DNA from: an uncultured Candidatus Bathyarchaeia archaeon | GTDB lineage: Archaea > Thermoproteota > Bathyarchaeia > Bathyarchaeales > DTEX01 | DNA length: 64,000 bases | Assembly (NCBI GenBank): GCA_964465575.1 | Contig: CAYXIF010000004.1 | Span: 12,212 to 76,211, forward strand | Direction: 5' to 3' | Part shown: piece by piece, positions 27,180 to 36,283 of the stretch | Position numbering within the stretch: position 1 is the first letter of the stretch | Layout: each line of letters starts with the position of its first letter | The notes under the pieces: model-generated | The model's input: the letters and a program-made list of their open reading frames with translations, nothing else | Databases searched by the model: none | Told to the model about the DNA's origin: nothing | Made by a program: the position numbers and the translations under genes

Positions 27180-27926
27180 ATGCAAGAGAATGCACCCACA
27201 GAATGGAGACGCCTAGACTTGGCCAAGAAGCCCTTGACACGCGCTGAGAGGCTCGAAGTGGTCTACAGCGAGAAGCACTGGAAGCTGCTTAATAACTTGA
27301 GAGCTCGCGCAGCTGAAGTGATGGTAGCTCTTAGTCGGTCTCATATACACTCTGTAACCCATGGAAGCATAGCGAGAGGCGACGTCTCAGCTAGGAGCGA
27401 TGTTGATGTTTTCATTCCAGAGATGACTTCCTCCTTCGCAATAGAAACAGCGCTTGAAAGGGCTGGCTTCCCGATCAGTAGACGAGTTCTCGTTCAAGCC
27501 ACACCTACCTACTCCCTCAAAGGCTTCATCGAGATCGATGATAGGAGATGCGTCTCCTTTTCCTTGTCAAGACTGCGGAAGACAGAAAGAGAATTCTACA
27601 GGTTCGGCGGAGAAGCCGTACTTCAGACTCTGAAGGAAAATACCCGAGTTCCAGGCGTCGACAAGAGACTCATGCTCATAGAGCCAACAGCCAGTGGGCA
27701 CGTGGAAAGCTCGGTCATCGCAAACGAAGAGATAGTCGCTAGCATCTTGGGCATCTCCGTTGATACTGTTCTGAACAGGGTTCACGTGCTTCTTCGCCGA
27801 GACAAGGTGGGAAGAACGGGTCTCTTCATCGAAAGAGATCTGACGCCTGACGAGACATTTGATTCTGTTCTGAAGAAGCTCGAGGACGAGAAACCTTCAG
27901 TCCGCAGAAGGCTAAGAACAGTCTGA
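27180..27926 (+). CDS. Nucleotidyltransferase (Pol-beta superfamily) domain protein
   Basis: HGSIARGDVSARSDVDVF (GS...D.D) minimal NTase motif. The remainder is unassigned. Confidence 0.5.
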   Translation: MQENAPTEWRRLDLAKKPLTRAERLEVVYSEKHWKLLNNLRARAAEVMVALSRSHIHSVTHGSIARGDVSARSDVDVFIPEMTSSFAIETALERAGFPISRRVLVQATPTYSLKGFIEIDDRRCVSFSLSRLRKTEREFYRFGGEAVLQTLKENTRVPGVDKRLMLIEPTASGHVESSVIANEEIVASILGISVDTVLNRVHVLLRRDKVGRTGLFIERDLTPDETFDSVLKKLEDEKPSVRRRLRTV

Positions 27927-27942
27927 GAAAGCAGCAACCACC

Positions 27943-28842
27943 TCACGCAAGGATATCGTGAAGGAAAACTTTCATAGGACCAAACTTCCCGCCATAGTTG
28001 CCTGCCGATATTCTGACGATGCCTGGAACCTTAACTGCAACTCTTATGCCTTCAGCCATGGCTTTCTTGATACAGTCTAAGTTAAGCCCGTTTACCACGA
28101 TCTCGTAAACGCTGTTGGCGTCCTTGGGAACCAAGCTATCGGGGATCTTCTCTTTAAGTTTGGGACAGAAGGGATGATTTGTTGAAGCTGGAAGCTTGTA
28201 CTTTAAAGACCCAACCTTTGAGCCAGACCTACAGACTCCGCCCGGGAAGGGCATGATCACGCCTTCCACTTTGCTGCGGATCGACTCGACAGCTTCCTCT
28301 GCTGCTTTGAGCCCTGATGGCATGTCCTTGGCGAAGATGAGAAAGTTTCCTCCAGCGACTGCTTTTGCCGTGCCGAAGCTGCTTTCAACGATGAACTCAC
28401 CCTCCATCACTGGGATACGCCAGACCGTTCTGCCCGCAAGCTCGTCTTTCTTCTGGAAACCATCGCCAAAGAAGCGGAGGCTTCTGCCTACCTTCAATCT
28501 CCGAGTAGCCTTGGGCAGACCGTTAAAGGCCGCTGTTGTGGGGCAAGTCATCACGCACTGGCCGATCCTCGCGATCATCTGCTTCTTGAGGTCCCTTCGG
28601 CTAGTGTGGTATATCTGGATAAGAGTACCAATCCTGCCATCTGGAGTTTCGCTGGCAGGCACAAGGCGTTCTATGCCCGCCTCAGCTGGTGAGCCTATGA
28701 TTGATGAGCCGTACCCTGTGGCGACCTTGGCCGCTGTCAAGGCCCACTTCTCGTTCTGAGCGGTTATCAAAACCCTCCCAACCCACATTTCAAAGAGCTC
28801 TGCGAACGTGTCTTCAACCTCGACGCCATTAAGATCAAACAT
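27943..28842 (-). CDS. ftr: Formylmethanofuran:tetrahydromethanopterin N-formyltransferase
   Basis: MFDLNGVEVEDTFAELFEMWVGRVLITA...ETPDGR closely follows the Ftr N-terminal pattern. ATG 28842 follows a GAGGTG RBS; the track start is 28893. Confidence 0.9.
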   Translation of the reverse strand: MFDLNGVEVEDTFAELFEMWVGRVLITAQNEKWALTAAKVATGYGSSIIGSPAEAGIERLVPASETPDGRIGTLIQIYHTSRRDLKKQMIARIGQCVMTCPTTAAFNGLPKATRRLKVGRSLRFFGDGFQKKDELAGRTVWRIPVMEGEFIVESSFGTAKAVAGGNFLIFAKDMPSGLKAAEEAVESIRSKVEGVIMPFPGGVCRSGSKVGSLKYKLPASTNHPFCPKLKEKIPDSLVPKDANSVYEIVVNGLNLDCIKKAMAEGIRVAVKVPGIVRISAGNYGGKFGPMKVFLHDILA

Positions 28843-29005
28843 ATGCCGCACCTCAGCGATACGTACCCTGGATCCGCTAGATTCATGACACAACTTTGGC
28901 GTAATGGTACGTGCGCCAACCTTTTAAGTTTAGTGACGTGGAAAAGTATCGTAAAGCTGAAGTACTCAGAGTCACATATTGTCCGTTGGGAGCGTCTCAA
29001 CCTTT

Positions 29006-29614
29006 ATGGCCAAGTGGGAAAGAATCAAGTATAAGCCGATACCAGTGCGAAACCTGCTCGTGGAGATGAAGAATCTTTCTGAGATCATGCTTGACCTGGC
29101 TTATTCTGCGGCCCTTTTCAACAGTAAAGAGCTCGCCAAGGATGTCTTGGAGCTGGAACAACGAGTTGACACATTGGCTTACCTCCTTAGGATGAACACG
29201 ATGATAGCGGCCAGAGACGCCAGAGACGCCGAGTCCCTTATCGGCGTGTCCATTGTTGCGTCGTCCACGAACAAGATATCAGATGCGGCAGGCGATATAG
29301 CCCACATAGTGCTGCGTGAGATAGGCATCCACCCCCTAGTTAGAGAAGTGTTCAAGAAGGTTGAGGAGAACCTCGGCAGAACCGAAATCAAACCCAACTC
29401 CGTACTAGTGGACAGAGCGCTTGAGGATCTTGAGTTGGCTGCTAGGATGGGTGTCGACATAATTGCTATACGCAGAGGGGAGGAATGGGTGATCAACCCC
29501 AAGCCGCATGAACTGATACTCAAGGGCGATGTGCTCATAGCTCGTGGAACTCCTGATGGCATCGAAGAACTCAATGAGCTTGCAGCGGGCATATCACAGG
29601 AATGGGTGGATTGA
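29006..29614 (+). CDS. PhoU-like plus TrkA-C (RCK C-terminal) domain protein, paralog 1
   Basis: N-terminal helical PhoU-like half (LLVEMKNLSEIMLDLAYSAALFN) and C-terminal TrkA_C-like half (SVLVDRALEDLELAARMGVDIIAIRRGEEWVINP...GDVLIARG). Confidence 0.6.
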   Translation: MAKWERIKYKPIPVRNLLVEMKNLSEIMLDLAYSAALFNSKELAKDVLELEQRVDTLAYLLRMNTMIAARDARDAESLIGVSIVASSTNKISDAAGDIAHIVLREIGIHPLVREVFKKVEENLGRTEIKPNSVLVDRALEDLELAARMGVDIIAIRRGEEWVINPKPHELILKGDVLIARGTPDGIEELNELAAGISQEWVD

Positions 29615-29619
29615 AGGCA

Positions 29620-30240
29620 ATGGCAGAGAACCACTTCCAGAAGATAGTCGACACTCTTGTTGTGCTGAAGGATACTTCAGAACTCATGCTGGACCTTGCA
29701 TACTCGTCTATCCTCTTGAACAACCGCGAATTGGCGCAGGATGTTCACGAACTCGAAGAATACATGGACAACCTTCATACTGAGCTTGAGTTCATGGTCC
29801 TTTCGAGCGGCTTCAAACCAGAGGAATCAAAAGACTTTCTCGGCTTGATAAGGCTTGGCGTCGTAACTGAGCAGATAGCGGACGCGGCAGCCGAGATTGC
29901 TGAGGTCGTTCTTTATGGACTTGAACCCCACCCTGTCCTAAAGCTCGCAATCGAAGACGCTGAAGAGACTGTGACATCAGCCCGAGTCTCAGAACACTCT
30001 GTGCTTGCTGGTAAGGCTCTGAAGGAGACCAGGGTCGCTGACGAAACCGGCATGTGGGTGCTCGCAATCAAACGAGGAAAGATGTGTATTCACCCTAAGC
30101 CAAATACGGTGATAGAAGCCGGAGATGTCCTGATCGCCTCAGGGTATGCCGAGGGAGAAGATGATTTCAAAAGGTTAGCTTCGGAGAAACGAACCCCTAG
30201 GATAGCGCCGAGCCATCCCAGCAAGCGACGTGTGCCTTGA
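29620..30240 (+). CDS. PhoU-like plus TrkA-C domain protein, paralog 2
   Basis: Same architecture as the upstream gene (LVVLKDTSELMLDLAYSSILLNN; SVLAGKALKETRVADETGMWVLAIKRGKMCIHP...GDVLIASG). Tandem duplication. Confidence 0.6.
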   Translation: MAENHFQKIVDTLVVLKDTSELMLDLAYSSILLNNRELAQDVHELEEYMDNLHTELEFMVLSSGFKPEESKDFLGLIRLGVVTEQIADAAAEIAEVVLYGLEPHPVLKLAIEDAEETVTSARVSEHSVLAGKALKETRVADETGMWVLAIKRGKMCIHPKPNTVIEAGDVLIASGYAEGEDDFKRLASEKRTPRIAPSHPSKRRVP

Positions 30241-30382
30241 GTCCAATCGAAGCTCGTGCCAACACTTATGCCTTAGTAATTCTTTCGAGTGAAACATGTT
30301 CTTGGTGATGATCGACACCGTGCATCGGTAGGTTGATAAATTGGTAGATGAATCTCTATGACAAGCTTAGCTGAGGGTTGAG

Positions 30383-30766
30383 TTGAAAGTCTTAGTCGTG
30401 ACTGGAAGGACGATAGATCAGGGCTGCGGGAAGGAGTCTGGTAAGCTCTCAGAAGAATACATGGGCAACGTTGCTCTCTGCGAGATAAACCCAGAAGACA
30501 TGGACAAGCTCAAGATACGAGACGGCGGAAACGTAAAGGTTACTACTAGATACGGCTCAGTCGTAGTTAGAGCGAAGAAATCACGGAGAACAAGAACTCC
30601 TAGCACCGTCTTCATTCCTTACGGTCCATGGACTAACACGGTCTTTGCATCAGCGACTAACGCCACGGGCATGCCCTTGCTAAAAGGTGTGGAGGCGGAT
30701 ATCGAGGCCACAGATGAAAAGATTCTGACTCTGCACGAACTCCTCAACCAGTCATATAGCAAGTGA
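30383..30766 (+). CDS. fwdD: Formylmethanofuran dehydrogenase subunit D
   Basis: 127 aa molybdopterin-dinucleotide-binding-type barrel (LVVTGRTIDQG...GNVKVTTRYGSVVVRA). GTGA overlap with fwdB. Confidence 0.8.
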   Translation: MKVLVVTGRTIDQGCGKESGKLSEEYMGNVALCEINPEDMDKLKIRDGGNVKVTTRYGSVVVRAKKSRRTRTPSTVFIPYGPWTNTVFASATNATGMPLLKGVEADIEATDEKILTLHELLNQSYSK

Positions 30767-32229
30767 AGGCATTCTGGAAGGGACCATCATTGCCGGTTGT
30801 GTCCGGGGTTGTCTGTCCCGTCTGTGGATGTTGCTGCGACGATATCGAAGTAACCGTAGAAAACGAACGAATAGTCGAAGTAAGAAACGCCTGCGCCATG
30901 GGTGCAGCGAAATTCGAGAGCTTTGGCAACCACCGGAACACAACTCCCCTCGTTAGGAAGAACGGAAAGCTCGTTGAAGCTTCGCTTGACGAATCCATAG
31001 CAAAGGCAGCGGAGATTCTCGCAAAGGCTTCTTACCCTATTCTCTATGGTTGGAGCTCAACCAGTTGCGAAGCCATAAGAACTGGCTTAGAGTTGGCTGA
31101 ACAGGTGGGTGGCCTCATAGACAACACTTCGACGATCTGTCACGGCCCGTCGATTCTCGCCGTGCAAGATGTGGGCTTGCCGGCGTCCACTCTAGGGCAA
31201 ATACGGCACCGAGCGGACCTCATCATATACTGGGGAAGCAACCCTTGGAGTGCCCACCCTCGCCACATGGAGAGATACACTGCTCTTACCGAAGGAAGGT
31301 TCCAGAAGAGCGTCTGGAGAGGACTTCTGCTCCGTGTGCAAGCAAGCTCAATCAGCAAGAGAATCCTGAGAGTCGCCGAGCTAGTTCTTAAGCGCGGCTC
31401 CCATCGCTTGCCTTCCGATGTGAGCGCACCTCAACAGGCTCTCTCAGCAGAAGAGAGAAAGGTAATCGTCGTGGATGTTCGAAGAACACGTTCAGCCGAC
31501 CTAGCCAACTACTTCGTCCAAGTCGAGCCTGGGAAAGACTTTGAAGTTCTTCAAGCGCTTCGAGCACTGGTCAGGGACGAAGAGCTCGATGCCGAAGAAG
31601 TCGGGGGAGTTCCAGTCGAAACCCTTGAAGAGATAGCTGAGGCTATGGTCAACTGCAGGTTTGGCGTTATCTTCTTCGGACTGGGACTCACAATGAGCCG
31701 CGGGAGAAACCGCAACGTTGAAGCAGCGATCAGGTTGGCTAGAGACCTGAACAAGCGGACGAAATTCCTCATCATGCCCATGAGGGGACACTTCAACGTC
31801 GCTGGAGCGGACACTGTCTTCACCTGGCAGACAGGTTACCCATACGCTGTCGACTTCTCCCATGGTTACCCTCGCTACAACCCCGGAGAGACCTCGGCTG
31901 TCGACGTGCTGAGCCGTGGAGACTCGGACGCGGCGCTTGTTGTAGCATCCGATCCCGTCTCAAACTTCCCTAGGGAGGCTGTGGCCAATCTGGTCAGAAA
32001 GGAATTGATAGTTGTTGATCCTCATCTTTCCGCCACAGCATTGATGGCTGACGTAGTGATCCCGTCAGCCCTTGTAGGGATTGAGGCTGAAGGAACGGCC
32101 TACAGAATGGATCACGTCCCGCTGCCGCTGAAGAAAATCGTTGATCCACCTGAAGGCTGTCCACCAGACGAGAAGATACTGGGCATGATACTGAACGAAG
32201 TACGACGAATCAAGAACTCGGAAATCTGA
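30763..32229 (+). CDS. fwdB: Formylmethanofuran dehydrogenase subunit B (Cys-type) with an internal insertion
   Basis: N-terminal VCPVCGCCCDDIEV cluster, TICHGPS (Cys ligand region), YWGSNPWSAHPRHM and EAEGTAYRMD blocks. 488 aa. Confidence 0.85.
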   Translation: MKAFWKGPSLPVVSGVVCPVCGCCCDDIEVTVENERIVEVRNACAMGAAKFESFGNHRNTTPLVRKNGKLVEASLDESIAKAAEILAKASYPILYGWSSTSCEAIRTGLELAEQVGGLIDNTSTICHGPSILAVQDVGLPASTLGQIRHRADLIIYWGSNPWSAHPRHMERYTALTEGRFQKSVWRGLLLRVQASSISKRILRVAELVLKRGSHRLPSDVSAPQQALSAEERKVIVVDVRRTRSADLANYFVQVEPGKDFEVLQALRALVRDEELDAEEVGGVPVETLEEIAEAMVNCRFGVIFFGLGLTMSRGRNRNVEAAIRLARDLNKRTKFLIMPMRGHFNVAGADTVFTWQTGYPYAVDFSHGYPRYNPGETSAVDVLSRGDSDAALVVASDPVSNFPREAVANLVRKELIVVDPHLSATALMADVVIPSALVGIEAEGTAYRMDHVPLPLKKIVDPPEGCPPDEKILGMILNEVRRIKNSEI

Positions 32230-32431
32230 CGCGTCTCGGAAGAACGACTTGGGATGATCCGTCGTCCCAGCATCAAGGAAGCGCAGAGAGAAGAGCAGAT
32301 CGGGCCTTTGTTACATCGGTCACAGATTGGAAGGGACTGGCGTCAGAGGAGAGATGTCGTAGATCCCGTAAGGCCTGTAGCTTCGAGAAAAGATTTTAAC
32401 TGTCTACTAGAATAGTGAATCTCGCCTTGAG

Positions 32432-33475
32432 ATGTTGCCCACCGCATTTGAGCGAATGTCTCGGCTTCTCGAAGATTTCGTTCAGCTAGAATCGCAAGAT
32501 AGGCGTGTTGCAGGGATCCTTGTTTTTGGCAGCTTCGTCAAGGGGAAGGTACGCGCGACAAGCGACCTTGACCTTCTTGTATTGCACAGGGATATCGATG
32601 AATATTCTAGGACAAGACAGATCAAGAATGGTACATACTTTGAGGTTCACAGATGGCCTCTTGCCACGTTTGCCAGACCGTTTTCTGGCCGGTCTGGAGG
32701 TGCATTTCAGGACGCTTTCTGCTTTGAAGTGATGAGAAATGGACGGATACTATATGACCCGGAAGGGGTCTTGCAGAGGTTCAGGATATACGCCCAGACA
32801 CATAGACTGCCTTTGTCTCATGCAGAATGGTTTGTCCAGAGAGCCCAAAGGAACCTAAGACTTGCAGACAGTCTTCTCAAAGCTGCAGAATTGGAGGGTG
32901 CCGAACTTGAGTTGAGGAAAGCTGCTGAAGAACTTGCTAGAGCCGTACTACTTGAGAACGATGTTCTTGAGTTGATTCCGCCAAAGAACCTTGTTCCTAG
33001 CTTGAGAGATAAGGCTTCAGGTTTCTACGGGACATTTCGGGCAGTTCATAACATAGAGAAGATCGATGTCGAAGATGTAGAAGTAGCCATTCACGAGGTT
33101 TCGCACTGGGTGGACAGAACAGCTGAAGAGATACGCTGTCAAGGCAGACAAGACTTGCTGAAGCTAGGTAGCACAGTCCATGGTTCACGGACCGAACTGC
33201 TTAACGCAAGAGACTGCCTGGAGAATGGAGACATTGAAGCAGCCGTCCTCGAGGTGAGGTACTCAGCGATGCTCTTGGCATCTTTCATTGTCACCATGAT
33301 TCAAGGCTCTGGAAGTGGCTCGCAATCGAGAACCCAAAGTGACAGATATGTTCTGCTAGCTCGAAGCAGCCATCCTTTCGCGGAGACTCTCAAAGCCATC
33401 ATGAATTTCTCACGCGACAAGACCAAGCTCCGCAAGCATATCGATGCCTTGGAGGATGCTGCTGGAAGCCACTAG
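32432..33475 (+). CDS. Nucleotidyltransferase domain fused to helical (HEPN/KNTase_C-like) region
   Basis: GSFVKGKVRATSDLDLLVL minimal NTase motif, followed by about 230 aa of predicted helical repeats. Confidence 0.45.
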   Translation: MLPTAFERMSRLLEDFVQLESQDRRVAGILVFGSFVKGKVRATSDLDLLVLHRDIDEYSRTRQIKNGTYFEVHRWPLATFARPFSGRSGGAFQDAFCFEVMRNGRILYDPEGVLQRFRIYAQTHRLPLSHAEWFVQRAQRNLRLADSLLKAAELEGAELELRKAAEELARAVLLENDVLELIPPKNLVPSLRDKASGFYGTFRAVHNIEKIDVEDVEVAIHEVSHWVDRTAEEIRCQGRQDLLKLGSTVHGSRTELLNARDCLENGDIEAAVLEVRYSAMLLASFIVTMIQGSGSGSQSRTQSDRYVLLARSSHPFAETLKAIMNFSRDKTKLRKHIDALEDAAGSH

Positions 33476-33535
33476 AGAATTCCTCAGGGACTTCCCGAAA
33501 GGTATTGCGAGGTTGTTCTCCATTGCGCTTAAGTA

Positions 33536-35575
33536 ATGGAGGCTACATTCTCACTTGCTGATACTCGGAGGTGCACCGCGCTCGGAAAGGTTCTGGTCAC
33601 TGCAGCGTGGCCGTACATCCAACACGTGCTTCATCTAGGGAACCTCTTGCCTATCCTCTCGGCCGATGTGATTGCCAGATATCACCGACTTAAGGGAGAT
33701 GAAGTCCTTTTCGTGAGTGGATCGGATGTGCATGGAACACCTATAGAAGTTGAGGCTGTAAGACAGGGAATCTCGCCCAAGGAACTGACAGAACGAAACC
33801 ACCGGGCAGTGTCTCAGTTGTTCGAGAAATGGGCGATCTCCTTCGACAACTACACCCACACGGAAAGTGCTGTCCACAAGGAATTCGTGAGAGACTTCCA
33901 CCGCAAAGTAGAGAAAAACGGATACGTCTTCACTCAAGAGACCGAGCTGCCATACTGCAAGAAATGCGAACGGTTTCTGCCCGACAGGTTCGTCGAGGGC
34001 ACATGCCCATACTGTGGGGACAAGGGTGCCAGAGGAGACCAGTGCGAACAGTGTGGCAGACTTCTAGACCCAACAAAGGTCATAGAAGCCCACTGCACAA
34101 TCTGCGGAACACGACCCGCTTTCCGCTACGTAATCCACTGGTACTTCGACCTCCCAGTGTTCGCTGAGCGACTTCTAGCGTTCATTGAGAACAACAAACA
34201 GCTTCCTGACAATGCCCGCAACTTCAGCCTGAACTACATTAAAGAAGGGTTGAAGCCACGACCTTTGACTAGAGACAGTGAATGGGGGATACCTGCGCCT
34301 TACAACGGCGCTGATGGCAAGACCCTCTATGTCTGGTTCGAGAACGTTCTGGGCTACATCTCGGCGACGATCGAATACTTCATTAGGCACGGGGTCCCTG
34401 AGAAGTGGAGAGAATACTGGTTTGACAAAGACGCGAAAACCCTCTTCTTCATAGGCAAGGACAACATCCCCTTTCATACACTGATTTTCCCAGCGCTCTT
34501 GCTCGCTACTAACGAAGGGTACAACCTTCCGTGGAACATAAGCACAAACGAGTTCCTGAACTTCGAGGGACAAAAGTCATCAAAGAGTCGCAGAGTCGGA
34601 GTCTGGATTGACGAAGCCCTTGAGACATTCCCAGCTGACTATTGGAGATACACGCTCATCGCAATACGCCCTGAGACCAAAGACACAGACTTCACTTGGA
34701 AGACGTTTCTCGAGAAAGTGAACTCAGACCTTAACGATACTTTGGGGAACTTCGTTCACCGCACGCTCAAGTTCATCAACAGCTACTACAAAGGGAGGAT
34801 TCCTGAACCCAGCGAACTAGACGGCCTTGACAATCAAACACTCCAGTCAGTTCACAAGACCTTTGGGGAAGTAGATAGAGCGTTACAGGGGATCCTACTG
34901 CAGACAACGGTCCGCCAAATCATCGAGCTGAGTCGCGAAGGAAACAGGTATCTCAACGAGAAGAAGCCTTGGAAGACCAGCAAAACAGACCCGAAGTCGA
35001 CTGCGAACACCTTGTTTGTTGCAGCTCAGATCGTCAGCGCTCTTTCAGTGTTGATTGAACCGTTCACGCCTTTCACAGCTAGGGAACTTCGTGGCTTCCT
35101 GAACCTGCCCGAGAAAGTGCAGTGGCAAGACGCCATCAAACTGGTTCCCGCAAATCACAAGATAAAAGAGGCTGAGCCCCTCTTCCGCAAGGTAGAGGCT
35201 TCAGAAGAAGGATTGGAGGAAATGGTAGAGAAAGCTAGATCGGCTTCGCAGAAGGTATCGTTCGCAGATTTTTCAAAGCTCGATATTCGTGTCGGAAAAA
35301 TAGTTAAGGCCGAAAAAGTCCCCAGATCAAGCAACCTGTTTAAACTCAGTATCGACATCGGCAGCCCCAATCTGAAAACAGCTGTAGCCGGGATTGCCAG
35401 GTACTACGCTCCCCAAGAGCTCGAGGAACGCCAGATAGCCGTGATAGTGAACTTGGAACCTAGGAAGATATTCGGGATCGAGTCCAACGTCATGATCCTC
35501 GCAGCACAGGACGAGAAGAGCGTTGTGATACTTCAGCCTGAAAAGCCTATCAAGACCGGAAGCGAGATAAGCTAG
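33536..35575 (+). CDS. metG: Methionyl-tRNA synthetase with C-terminal tRNA-binding (Trbp111/EMAP-like) domain
   Basis: Zn knuckles CKKC...CPYCG...CEQCG...CTICG, KSSKS (KMSKS position) and C-terminal FSKLDIRVGKIVKAEKV. The HIGH position reads HLGN. Confidence 0.93.
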   Translation: MEATFSLADTRRCTALGKVLVTAAWPYIQHVLHLGNLLPILSADVIARYHRLKGDEVLFVSGSDVHGTPIEVEAVRQGISPKELTERNHRAVSQLFEKWAISFDNYTHTESAVHKEFVRDFHRKVEKNGYVFTQETELPYCKKCERFLPDRFVEGTCPYCGDKGARGDQCEQCGRLLDPTKVIEAHCTICGTRPAFRYVIHWYFDLPVFAERLLAFIENNKQLPDNARNFSLNYIKEGLKPRPLTRDSEWGIPAPYNGADGKTLYVWFENVLGYISATIEYFIRHGVPEKWREYWFDKDAKTLFFIGKDNIPFHTLIFPALLLATNEGYNLPWNISTNEFLNFEGQKSSKSRRVGVWIDEALETFPADYWRYTLIAIRPETKDTDFTWKTFLEKVNSDLNDTLGNFVHRTLKFINSYYKGRIPEPSELDGLDNQTLQSVHKTFGEVDRALQGILLQTTVRQIIELSREGNRYLNEKKPWKTSKTDPKSTANTLFVAAQIVSALSVLIEPFTPFTARELRGFLNLPEKVQWQDAIKLVPANHKIKEAEPLFRKVEASEEGLEEMVEKARSASQKVSFADFSKLDIRVGKIVKAEKVPRSSNLFKLSIDIGSPNLKTAVAGIARYYAPQELEERQIAVIVNLEPRKIFGIESNVMILAAQDEKSVVILQPEKPIKTGSEIS

Positions 35576-35602
35576 GAGTAACCCCGCGAAAGGCAAATCC
35601 AA

Positions 35603-36283
35603 GTGAGCATTTTGCCGCTCAAGATTGACCTTCACGTTCATACGAGCTACTCTCACGACTGCCTGACAAGCCTCGATAGCGTGATCTCTTTTGCACAGAA
35701 ACGACGCTTAAACGGTGTTTCCATAGCAGATCATGATACAATTGAAGGCGCTCTAAGACTCCTAGAGATGGCGGGCACAGGGTTGATCATAATCCCAGGG
35801 ATCGAGGTGTCAACAAGCCAAGGGCACCTACTGGGCATCAATGTTACCACGCCAATCCCTCGGGGACTTAGCATAGTGGAAACCGCTGCCAGAATACACG
35901 AAGCCGGCGGTATTGCTGTCGCTGCTCACCCGTCTTCGCCATTCAAACATGCTATAGGCCTTGACGAACGACTCATCTCATACGGTGTGGACGCGGTTGA
36001 GACTGTCAATTCAACGAATTTCCCGTTCTTTCTACTGAACTACTTGGACAAGCGGCTCGCCAGACGCACAGGGCTTCCGGTGACTGGAGGAAGCGACGCC
36101 CACTTACCTGAGGCCATAGGACTAGGCTACACTTTGATAGATGAAACGGGAACTGAAACAGACATTGACGCTGTGGTCCAAGCCATCAAGAGGGGAAGGT
36201 GCGTTCCCATTGGTAGGCCAATGCCGTGGAGACTGAGGCTGCGGAAGATTACACTAATGAGCAGTAAGCCTCCTGCGCACTAG
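35603..36283 (+). CDS. PHP-domain metal-dependent phosphoesterase
   Basis: IDLHVHTSYSHDC, ADHDT and GGSDAH motifs. Confidence 0.75.
   Translation: MSILPLKIDLHVHTSYSHDCLTSLDSVISFAQKRRLNGVSIADHDTIEGALRLLEMAGTGLIIIPGIEVSTSQGHLLGINVTTPIPRGLSIVETAARIHEAGGIAVAAHPSSPFKHAIGLDERLISYGVDAVETVNSTNFPFFLLNYLDKRLARRTGLPVTGGSDAHLPEAIGLGYTLIDETGTETDIDAVVQAIKRGRCVPIGRPMPWRLRLRKITLMSSKPPAH

Noticed and set aside
30304-30375. Possible C/D box sRNA upstream of fwdD (GTGATGA ... TTGATAA ... CTGA).
   Set aside because: There is no proper D' box, the C' box is degenerate, the spacing is too long (about 70 nt) and there is no terminal stem. It is more likely promoter sequence (gataaatt TATA-like) for fwdD.
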